In this document: positions 16,928 through 25,117 of the stretch, in pieces
Layout: each line of letters opens with the position of its first letter
How positions within the stretch are numbered: the stretch's first letter is position 1
NCBI GenBank assembly: GCA_902168185.1
Contig: CABHOV010000037.1
Location: 12,930-76,929, forward strand
From: an uncultured Bacteroides sp.
GTDB taxonomy: Bacteria; Bacteroidota; Bacteroidia; Cytophagales; Cyclobacteriaceae
Direction: 5' to 3'
DNA length: 64,000 bases
Translations under genes and position numbers: made by a program
Notes under the pieces: model-generated
Told to the model about the DNA's origin: nothing
Database searches by the model: none
Seen by the model: the letters and a program-made list of their open reading frames with translations, nothing else

Positions 16928-19324
16928 TTACTTTTTGGCTTCGGGTGACGTTCCCAATTCTTCCATCATTTGGCGAAGCACTTGTTCCTGTGCAAGAAGC
17001 TGTTCTTCTTTTTGCTTGATCTGTTCTGATTGAGCACGCGTTTCACTTTCCTTTTCTTTCAGTTTCTCAATCGTCTTCAACATCATTTGCTTTTGTGCCT
17101 CCATTTGCGAAGCACTGCGTTCCAGTTCCTTGTTACGCCTGGATTCCGATTCCATGGTAGCTTGCAATTCCTCCATCGCCTGGCGTAACTCTTCTTCCTG
17201 TGCGAGTGATTCCTTTTCTTTTTCCTTTAGCTTTTCGATTGTGCGGAACATCATCTGCTTCTGAGCATCGAGTTGTCCGGAAGTTCGTTCAAGTTCTCTG
17301 GCGCGTTTCGCTTCGCTCTCTGATGTCGCTTGCAACTCTTCCATAGTCTGACGCAATTCTTCCTCTTGTGCCTGACTTTCAGCAAGCAAACGGTCAACTT
17401 CGAGTTTTGCTTTTTTGATACTTGTTACGTCCTTCGCAAAAATGGCAACAGCAAATACTTCACCGCGGTCATTGCGCATAGGTACGTGTTGAATTGAGAA
17501 GTGCATCCCACTATATTCAGTTTCCAACTGAACAGTTTCCCCGGCCAATGCACGATCATATATAGGCTTAATCTCTCTACCTGAGGAGGAAGCCAACTTT
17601 AGCAAGTCTGCATTTACCTCCAGTTTACTACCACCAGCCTGAAAAGATTTTTGCGCTACGGTATTATAGTTTAATACTTTATATTCAGCATTAAATGTCA
17701 GAATGGAATCTGTTGAAGCATTCATCATATCACGGAGGTAACGTTCTTTATTCTGCGTTTCTATCAACACGCGCTGCATCTCTTCCTGTGTAGCCGCCAA
17801 CTCTTCCATATTCTGACGCATCTCTTCCTCCTGTGCGTGCAGATTTTCCGTCTGTTGTCTGCTCAATGATAACAACCGATTAGTTTGCTCGGAGTTTCGT
17901 GCAGAAGATATAGCGGACGCTATATTTTCACAGACTTTAACTATAAACTCCATTTTATACTTCTGATATGGCTCAAAAGATGCAAGCTCCAATACTCCGT
18001 AAACAGATTCATTTACTTTCAGCGGAACGATAAAAATCGAACGTGGTGTAGCATATCCCAACCCGGAAGTAATATTCACATAGTTATCAGGAACCTGCTT
18101 CATAAAAATTGGTTCGCGCTCTTCCCAACACTGACCAATGAGTCCCTGACCCCGATATATAATCTTCTCTTCAAACTTCTTTTTATCCCAAGCATAGCAC
18201 GCCTGAAGCTTCAGATATACTTCACTTTCTTCACCATCATCACTGATAATAAAAAGGCTCCCTTGATTAGAATTGGTATATTTTACGATGTTGCGGATGA
18301 TCGCATCCCCCAACATTTGAAGATCGTTCTGATTACGAATAATATCAGCGAATTCAGCAAGACCTGTAACGGCCCAGTTTCGCTGACGCTCTACTTCTGT
18401 GTTATGTTTTAGGTTGTCGCGCATTTCCAGCAACGCCTTTCCCATAGCGTCACGCTCGCTTAGCAATTGAAAATCGGCAGTGTACTCACCTTTACCAATC
18501 TGTTCTGCAAAAATCAGCTTTCCATTTATACCATCCATCAGGTTGGTAAGCGCTTGTGTGATTTGACCGATCTCGTCTTTTCGCTTCTCAAAAGTCGCTT
18601 TCACCATACTTCCCTCCCCGATCTCACGAATCACATCTTTCAATTGTATAATAGGTTTTACTAATCGAGTGACTGATAAAAAATAAGCTATAGCAGATGT
18701 GCCTATAAATAGTACCAGCATAATTACCAGTACAAACGTTATGATGTTATTCGAATGCTGCTTGTCGCTTCGCGCGGTTTCGATTTTAGTATATAACAGC
18801 TTTACACGCGCATCTAATTTGATTTTAAAATCTTTGGTTTGAGGCACCACCACACGATCCCATCTCCGAATCGCGCTGTTGAGCAATTCCCCGCCTGCAT
18901 AAGACGAATCATTCTTCAACGTATTCATCAACTTTGTTTCTTCCATCAGAATGAGCTGAAACTCCTCCAGCATATTCAGTATACTCTTCTTCTCACTCTG
19001 TTGAGGCAAATTTTGCAGTACTTCTGTCAGTTCCTGTTTCAGTTCCTGATAGCGCGTCCTATAGATCACTTCCTGATCCTTTTTCTCCTGTCGCTCCGCT
19101 GGATTGTGTATCCAACGATTTGTTAACCGCACAGAATTATTCTGCAGCGTACTCAGCTCTTTCAATGAAGCAAAGAGTGGTGTATATACCTGATCGATCT
19201 GATTATCCAGCTCTGCATTCTTCCTTAGCGCCAGAAAACAGGAGAGTACAGCAGCTATAGCTACCACTAGTATAACCAGGTATCCAATGGATATCTGATG
19301 CGAAAGATTAAATTTCAATTTCAT
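16928..19324 (-). CDS. Membrane sensor without enzymatic output: TM, helical domain, TM, HAMP, GAF, coiled coil, PAS, repeated coiled-coil tail
   Basis: HAMP (VKPIIQLKDVIREIGEG...ITQALTNLM). The GAF domain is paralogous to that of 14650-16329. A PAS segment is present (SILTFNAEYKVLNYN...). There are four copies of the EE[LM]RQxMEEL[QA]AT motif. No HisKA/HATPase or other output domain is seen. Confidence 0.75.
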   Translation of the reverse strand: MKLKFNLSHQISIGYLVILVVAIAAVLSCFLALRKNAELDNQIDQVYTPLFASLKELSTLQNNSVRLTNRWIHNPAERQEKKDQEVIYRTRYQELKQELTEVLQNLPQQSEKKSILNMLEEFQLILMEETKLMNTLKNDSSYAGGELLNSAIRRWDRVVVPQTKDFKIKLDARVKLLYTKIETARSDKQHSNNIITFVLVIMLVLFIGTSAIAYFLSVTRLVKPIIQLKDVIREIGEGSMVKATFEKRKDEIGQITQALTNLMDGINGKLIFAEQIGKGEYTADFQLLSERDAMGKALLEMRDNLKHNTEVERQRNWAVTGLAEFADIIRNQNDLQMLGDAIIRNIVKYTNSNQGSLFIISDDGEESEVYLKLQACYAWDKKKFEEKIIYRGQGLIGQCWEEREPIFMKQVPDNYVNITSGLGYATPRSIFIVPLKVNESVYGVLELASFEPYQKYKMEFIVKVCENIASAISSARNSEQTNRLLSLSRQQTENLHAQEEEMRQNMEELAATQEEMQRVLIETQNKERYLRDMMNASTDSILTFNAEYKVLNYNTVAQKSFQAGGSKLEVNADLLKLASSSGREIKPIYDRALAGETVQLETEYSGMHFSIQHVPMRNDRGEVFAVAIFAKDVTSIKKAKLEVDRLLAESQAQEEELRQTMEELQATSESEAKRARELERTSGQLDAQKQMMFRTIEKLKEKEKESLAQEEELRQAMEELQATMESESRRNKELERSASQMEAQKQMMLKTIEKLKEKESETRAQSEQIKQKEEQLLAQEQVLRQMMEELGTSPEAKK
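17036..17371 (-). repeat. In-frame tandem duplication, 2 x 168 bp (2 x 56 aa), inside the coiled-coil tail
   Basis: Unit 1 is AQEEELRQTMEELQATSESEAKRARELERTSGQLDAQKQMMFRTIEKLKEKEKESL. Unit 2 is AQEEELRQAMEELQATMESESRRNKELERSASQMEAQKQMMLKTIEKLKEKESETR. DNA units are 17204-17371 and 17036-17203, about 70% identical by eye. Confidence 0.9.
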
Positions 19325-19653
19325 AAAAAATGCGCTTTTCTTCGTTTAAATGATACATGAACAGGCTTGGGGCGGATGTATTAAATTGTATTTATTCTGA
19401 TTTTTTCGTTTCGATAAGGCAAAAGCTATACATGGTGAAAACCATTTCCACTTCAATGCATACATGAAATTTTATAGCGGTCATACTTACCATATACTTA
19501 TGCAGGAGTAAGCCTGCCTGGTAACAAAAGTATATTCTTCGCAAAGGAATTGATGTCTGTTTTAATGCTTACCAAACGATCTTTATTTACTGAAAATGAC
19601 CTCAGTATTTTTACTGACATAACGCTAGATCGTGTGTATCAATCGATCGTTGC

Positions 19654-22401
19654 TCATTCCGTTTTTCCGGAAAGAAACTTCCTGAGAATTTTCTCTATAG
19701 GATATACCAGCAAGGCAATGACGGCCTGAACAAAAAAGTTAATGACAGGCGATGTATTGGTAGTCCAATAGCTTTCTGCCAGATTCTGTATTAGTTCAAT
19801 GATCAAAATCAATGTTAGAAATGTGAGTATGCGGGTTACGAATTCGTAGCGGCTTTCTTTCCGGTTGAGTCTGAATGTTATACCGAGCAACGCGCCGAAG
19901 AAGATGATCTCAAGCAAATAAAACCATGAAGTTTTCCAATATGGAGGCACGACATTAAAATGGATAAGCTGTTCTTCGGAGACCGATCCCAATGCATCGC
20001 GAATACGGACGTGAAGATCATACGAACCTGCAGGAAGAAGTTGATACGAGAGTGAGGCATTGGGAGTCCATGCTGTCCATTGATCCGAGAGACCATTTAG
20101 TTTATACTGATATTGTGTTCCCAACAACCCGCGATAATCAGGATGTACAAATTCGAACGCTAGCGAACTGTTATCCTGGTCCACCTGTAAATCACGCACC
20201 GGCAAAAGCTCTCCGCCTTTGCTCCTGACTTCTTTCAAGAGTACTCTATGTGATACAGGCGCTTCGCTATATTTCGAAGACGATATACGATACAGTTCGT
20301 TCGTGCCGGTTGTTACCCAGAACTCTCCTGCATGTTGCACATATAGTGATTGAATCTGTTTGAAAAACCCAAGTACATTCAGGCCTTCATGCTGCATAGC
20401 ATCATCGGAAAGACACATCCATTGATCACCATTAAAGACCCAGATGTTTTCATTGCTGAGTATAACACGTTCAATTTTACCAAGCTGCTTAACAATTTCG
20501 CGGTCATGCAAAAGCACTTTACGTCCAGCATCATAGTAGAAACAGTCATGCGAGGCTATAAAATATACTTTACCATTGCGAACGAATGAATAAACCTCAT
20601 CATTGAAAGGATTTTCGATAGGCAACGTCTGTGCTATACTATATTGATTATCAGAACCACACTTCAATTGATATACTGCACTTCTGCCGGTGAGCCATAC
20701 TTCCTTTTCATTTGTACGATTGATATGCACTATATCATCTTCAATTTTTAGCGAAGACGATATTGCCCACTGTCCTTTGGCTCCTTGGCGGGAGAACACT
20801 TTTAACACATGACCATCTGTAAATGAAAATATATTGATTGAAGAAACATCGCATGTAAATACAAGTGTATTATCGCCATCGAGTTGAGAAGCCTTACCTT
20901 CCTTTATTTCAAACAAACCTCCGGTTCCGCCGGAAAGCAAACTGCCTTTAAGTTGTTTGATACTTATACTCTTTCCGGAAAAACCGACAACAGGTTTATA
21001 GGTATAGCGGATAGACTTCAGTTCGCGGTGACGTTCAAATACTTTTTTTGGTTTCCTTGAAAAGATTCTTCTTAGTAATCCTTCTTTTTGTTTTTTTTCT
21101 TCAATCGGCTTCTTCGCTTCAACAGGTTCCTTGACTTCAGCAGCCTGCTGTAATGCTTCTTCTTTTTTCTTTTTTGATCGCAGAAAAGAAAAAGGTTTTC
21201 GTTTACTCTTCGCACTCTTGTCTTCTACCGGTTGGTTTACGGCCGTAGTCGGTTTTTTTTGTTTAACCGCAGGCTTATTTACTTTCGGATATCCTTTGAT
21301 GATGACCTGCTTCAATGTAGTTTGATAGTCCTTTACCTCGTTGAGAAAATACATTCCTGTACTCGTGCCTACATATAGTGTATTTTCAAAAGGCATCACC
21401 GCCAGAAGATTTCCTTCCATACCAGGGAAGTTGGAATAACAGCGAAACGGCAGATCAGGTGCAATGCGTGTGAAACCATATGCATGCGCTACCCACACTC
21501 CCAGGTCACGATCATTCCCCAGTGCATATACTTCATTATCGGGTAAGCCCGTGCGATAATTAACAATTTTATCAATCGCGCCTGTGGTGGCGTTCAGAAA
21601 AACAACGCCTCCGCGAAGCGTCCCTATAGCAATCAGATTATTGCTGATCCAGCGACATGATGTTAATTCGGATTGTTCTATATAGCCATCATCTTTTGTA
21701 TTTACTTTCGTGGCCTTTCCATTGCGCATCCAGTACAATTCATTCTGATCTGTTCCAATCAGAGAAACGGATTTATTCGTGGGATGAGTGGCTGTAAAAA
21801 GAATCCAGGTATCTTTTGGAAAACCGGCATGAACAGGCCTTAACTTTCCTTTGCGATATGTATATATAGTTTTGTCTTGTGTTTGAAGTAACAACGAACC
21901 CGACAAAAAAAACATATTGGTAAACTCATTGCTTTCCGGGGCACGTATTGACCGCACAGTTTTGGTTGACTCCAGGTATAGGTATAGTGTTTGATTGCTT
22001 AGAAAAAAGATACTATCGTTACGTTGTTCCGCCTTCAGAATACCATCGGGACCAACTTTACTGAACAGCGGAATATAGGAGGCGTTGGCCAGGCCGGTTG
22101 TATACTGCAAATATCCAAAGCCCATTTTACCGGCAACATATACCTGGTTCTTCGGTGTGATCAATACGTCATAAACGGAACCTGGACATCGAACGAGATC
22201 CCAGCTTCTTCCGTCATAGCGCAGTACGCCCCCCTTGTTTGCTATATAGATCAGTCCATTACTATCTTGCTCTACATCGAAATTTTCCGGATCATACCGG
22301 TTATCATCGTATGTATGATGTGTTAAAAAATAATCGCCTTCCTGTGCAGAGCACATGAAAGTATAAATCATCAATACGAAAAATGCGCTTGCGTACTTCA
22401 T
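19654..22401 (-). CDS. Beta-propeller / Y_Y_Y ('two-component regulator propeller') sensor-like protein with a C-terminal membrane anchor but no kinase
   Basis: Signal peptide; propeller-type repeats (..GGVLRYDG.., ..GTLRGGVVFLN.., ..GLPDNEVYALG..). Y_Y_Y module (YQYKLNGLSDQWTAWTP...SYDLHVRIRD). About 3 TM helices follow, and the protein ends 60 aa later. A K-rich insert spans residues ~372-453. Confidence 0.75.
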   Translation of the reverse strand: MKYASAFFVLMIYTFMCSAQEGDYFLTHHTYDDNRYDPENFDVEQDSNGLIYIANKGGVLRYDGRSWDLVRCPGSVYDVLITPKNQVYVAGKMGFGYLQYTTGLANASYIPLFSKVGPDGILKAEQRNDSIFFLSNQTLYLYLESTKTVRSIRAPESNEFTNMFFLSGSLLLQTQDKTIYTYRKGKLRPVHAGFPKDTWILFTATHPTNKSVSLIGTDQNELYWMRNGKATKVNTKDDGYIEQSELTSCRWISNNLIAIGTLRGGVVFLNATTGAIDKIVNYRTGLPDNEVYALGNDRDLGVWVAHAYGFTRIAPDLPFRCYSNFPGMEGNLLAVMPFENTLYVGTSTGMYFLNEVKDYQTTLKQVIIKGYPKVNKPAVKQKKPTTAVNQPVEDKSAKSKRKPFSFLRSKKKKEEALQQAAEVKEPVEAKKPIEEKKQKEGLLRRIFSRKPKKVFERHRELKSIRYTYKPVVGFSGKSISIKQLKGSLLSGGTGGLFEIKEGKASQLDGDNTLVFTCDVSSINIFSFTDGHVLKVFSRQGAKGQWAISSSLKIEDDIVHINRTNEKEVWLTGRSAVYQLKCGSDNQYSIAQTLPIENPFNDEVYSFVRNGKVYFIASHDCFYYDAGRKVLLHDREIVKQLGKIERVILSNENIWVFNGDQWMCLSDDAMQHEGLNVLGFFKQIQSLYVQHAGEFWVTTGTNELYRISSSKYSEAPVSHRVLLKEVRSKGGELLPVRDLQVDQDNSSLAFEFVHPDYRGLLGTQYQYKLNGLSDQWTAWTPNASLSYQLLPAGSYDLHVRIRDALGSVSEEQLIHFNVVPPYWKTSWFYLLEIIFFGALLGITFRLNRKESRYEFVTRILTFLTLILIIELIQNLAESYWTTNTSPVINFFVQAVIALLVYPIEKILRKFLSGKTE

Positions 22402-22822
22402 TTCAATCTCTTTTTCTCCCCGAATGGCTATTTACCGGATCACGTTATATCACTACCCTATTGACTAATAAGAGGTGATGTCAGCAAAATGCCATGAAGT
22501 CAAAAGTAGTGTTTGTCGAAAAAAGAGCTTGCCCGAAAACTTCGCTAGGAATGTGCACATTTAATGCTGAATTCAGCGTCCGTATTTATACTTACCTTCT
22601 GTGCGTTGCAAATCGGTCTATATTGTTCGTTACGCTATAAAGAATCTGTAATTACTGCCTCTTACATTTGGATTAATTAACGCAGACTGTTAATTTAAAT
22701 GTAGATTCCCCCTCCCTCCTGATCTCGTTTGATCACAACGCCCATCGGGAATCAAATAGTTGCTTTAATTTATCTGCACAGTGCAGCAGGAATTTTTCTG
22801 ATACTAATCGCTTGTCCTAATA

Positions 22823-24676
22823 ATGAACCCGTTCGCTACCAAACAACCCGAAGATTACCAAGCATTGCTGGCTTCTATTGTTGACTGTACAGATGATGCC
22901 ATTTATAGCAGTTCACTTGACGGAACAATTACAAGTTGGAACAGAGGAGCAGAGAAACTCTTCGGCTTCACAAAACAAGAAACTTTAGGGAAACATAACT
23001 CACTATTTCTTCCTCCGGATCGATTCAATGAGGAATCTCAATTACTCGAGCGATTGCAAAAAGGAGAATATATAGAGCATTTCGAAACTGAAAGACTGCA
23101 AAAAGACCACAAGCTTATCTATATATCATTAACTATATCGCCTCTTAGAAATCAACAAGGCAGTATTATAGGCTACGCTAAAATTGCGCGCGACTATAGT
23201 AAACAACGCAAATCGCGCGAAACGTTTAAAGCATTACTGGAGTCTGCTCCGGATGCTATGGTGATTGTGCGCAACGATGGAAAAATCCATATGGTAAACG
23301 CTCAAACCGAAAGGCTTTTCCTGTATAATCGAGAAGAAATTCTGGATCAGAGTGTTGAGATGCTCATACCACAACGGTATCACGGGCATCATCCGCATCA
23401 TCGCTCAAACTTTTTTGCTGACCCGCGCGTGCGCAGCATGGGTATAGGCCTTGAGTTGTATGGTAAACGTAAAGATGAAACTGAGTTTCCGTTAGAGATC
23501 AGTCTGAGTCCTTTGGAAACAGAAGAAGGAACACTGGCACTCGCAGCTATACGCGATATAACAGAAAGAAAAAAATCTGAAGAAAAATTCAAGGGCTTAC
23601 TGGAATCCGCTCCCGATGCGATGGTGATTGTAGGACAAGACGGAAAAATTCAAATGGTGAATGCGCAGATCCATAACATTTTTCAATTTGAAAGAAATGA
23701 GATTGAAGGTATGCCGATTGAAAAACTTATACCGGAACGCTTTCATCATGCACACCCGAAACATCGTCAGAATTTTTTTCAGGATCCGCGTGTACGTGGT
23801 ATGGGTATAGGCCTCGAGTTGTTCGGTAAACGAAAAGACGGAACTGAATTTCCTATAGAGATAAGTTTAAGTCCTTTGGAAACTGAAGACGGTACGCTGG
23901 CACTTGCGGCCATTCGTGATATCACGGCACGCAAAAGATCAGAGCAACAGATTCAACAACTAAACCGTGAACTCGAAGAACATATAGTTGAGCTCGAATC
24001 ATTTTCATATTCGGTATCACATGATCTGCGCGCACCGTTGCGGGCGGTAGATGGATTTATAGCGATCTTCCTGGATAAATATCACAGCACTGTTGATGCC
24101 GAAGGGAAACGCTTACTCGACAACATCCGGAGAAATGTTATCAAGATGGGCAACCTCATCGATGATCTTCTTATGCTCTCGCGCATTGGCATGAAAGATA
24201 TAGAGCTCACTCCCATCGATATGAATGCCCTTGTGAATTCTGTGCTGGAAGAATTCAAAGAAGCCAAGACTACAGCGCAGGTAGATGTGCAGGTTGGCAA
24301 GCTGCCGGAAACGAACGGAGATCTTGCACTTATGAAACAAGTGTTTCTCAATCTTATTTCTAATGCTGTTAAATACTCCGCTAAAAAAGAACAACCGGTC
24401 ATTGAAATCGGAGCAACAAAACAAGATTCTGAAATACACTATTTCATTAAAGATAATGGTGTGGGCTTCGACATGGAATACTATAATAAACTGTTTGGAG
24501 TTTTTCAACGACTGCACAATCCACATGAATATAGCGGCACTGGTGTAGGCTTGGCTATAGTCAAGCGAATTATAGCACGGCACGGTGGTCGTGTTTGGGC
24601 CGAAGGAGAAGAAAATATAGGTGCCGTTTTTTATTTTTCATTAACTATAAATTCGCAAACGAATGGAACAAGCTGA
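22823..24676 (+). CDS. Cytoplasmic PAS-PAS-PAS histidine kinase
   Basis: Three PAS modules, of which the last two are a tandem duplicate. H-box [16 protein letters not shown] and HATPase boxes ([25 protein letters not shown]). The kinase core is paralogous to 8628-9881. Confidence 0.9.
   Translation: MNPFATKQPEDYQALLASIVDCTDDAIYSSSLDGTITSWNRGAEKLFGFTKQETLGKHNSLFLPPDRFNEESQLLERLQKGEYIEHFETERLQKDHKLIYISLTISPLRNQQGSIIGYAKIARDYSKQRKSRETFKALLESAPDAMVIVRNDGKIHMVNAQTERLFLYNREEILDQSVEMLIPQRYHGHHPHHRSNFFADPRVRSMGIGLELYGKRKDETEFPLEISLSPLETEEGTLALAAIRDITERKKSEEKFKGLLESAPDAMVIVGQDGKIQMVNAQIHNIFQFERNEIEGMPIEKLIPERFHHAHPKHRQNFFQDPRVRGMGIGLELFGKRKDGTEFPIEISLSPLETEDGTLALAAIRDITARKRSEQQIQQLNRELEEHIVELESFSYSVSHDLRAPLRAVDGFIAIFLDKYHSTVDAEGKRLLDNIRRNVIKMGNLIDDLLMLSRIGMKDIELTPIDMNALVNSVLEEFKEAKTTAQVDVQVGKLPETNGDLALMKQVFLNLISNAVKYSAKKEQPVIEIGATKQDSEIHYFIKDNGVGFDMEYYNKLFGVFQRLHNPHEYSGTGVGLAIVKRIIARHGGRVWAEGEENIGAVFYFSLTINSQTNGTS
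23225..23950 (+). repeat. In-frame tandem duplication of a PAS module, 2 x 363 bp (2 x 121 aa)
   Basis: Unit 1 is 23225-23587 ([27 protein letters not shown]...[15 protein letters not shown]). Unit 2 is 23588-23950 ([27 protein letters not shown]...[15 protein letters not shown]). About 70% aa identity by eye. Confidence 0.9.
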
Positions 24677-25106
24677 TCGTGTAGAGATATTGTTGGTAGA
24701 AGACAATCCGGATGATGCAGAGTTGACGATACACGCCTTAAAGCAAGGCAACAGCAACGTAAACTTCCTGCATATAAACGATGGTGTAGAGGCGCTCAAT
24801 TTTGTATTTGAGAAAAAGAGCTATGAGAACAAGCGAATACAAAAAGATCTGAGACTTGTATTGCTGGATTTAAAGCTTCCTAAAATCGATGGACTCGAGA
24901 TTCTTAAAAAAATCCGCGAAAATGATAGCACCAAATCTTTACCTGTTGTTATCCTTACATCTTCAAGAGAAAAGAAAGATATCATTACAGCGTATAGCCT
25001 CGGTGTGAATAGTTATGTAGTGAAGCCGGTAGAGTTCGAGTTTTATGTTCATGTAGTGAAGACGATAACATTGTATTGGAATACAATAAATGAAAAGCCT
25101 ATATAG
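24663..25106 (+). CDS. Single-domain response regulator (CheY/Rcp1-like receiver)
   Basis: [33 protein letters not shown] and SYVVKPVEF give canonical D-D-T/S-K receiver residues. The start overlaps the kinase stop by 14 nt. Confidence 0.9.
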   Translation: MEQADRVEILLVEDNPDDAELTIHALKQGNSNVNFLHINDGVEALNFVFEKKSYENKRIQKDLRLVLLDLKLPKIDGLEILKKIRENDSTKSLPVVILTSSREKKDIITAYSLGVNSYVVKPVEFEFYVHVVKTITLYWNTINEKPI

Positions 25107-25117
25107 GCAGATCTAAA

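Noticed and set aside
17885-18412. 175-aa plus-strand ORF inside the 798-aa GAF sensor gene
   Set aside because: It is antisense to the GAF/HAMP frame. It is rich in F, I, L and K, as expected for the reverse frame of an E/K-rich gene.
22501-22670. Additional TAnnTTTG-type matches (22501-22508 minus strand, 22663-22670 plus strand) in the divergent spacer
   Set aside because: They lie 100 and 153 nt from the respective start codons. With an expected chance frequency of about one per 4 kb per strand, position gives no support.
22708-22786. C-rich run (ccccctccctcc, 22708-22720) and 13-nt palindrome CTGCACAGTGCAG (22774-22786) upstream of the PAS kinase gene
   Set aside because: They are too short and unique to distinguish from chance. 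No second copy occurs elsewhere in the window.
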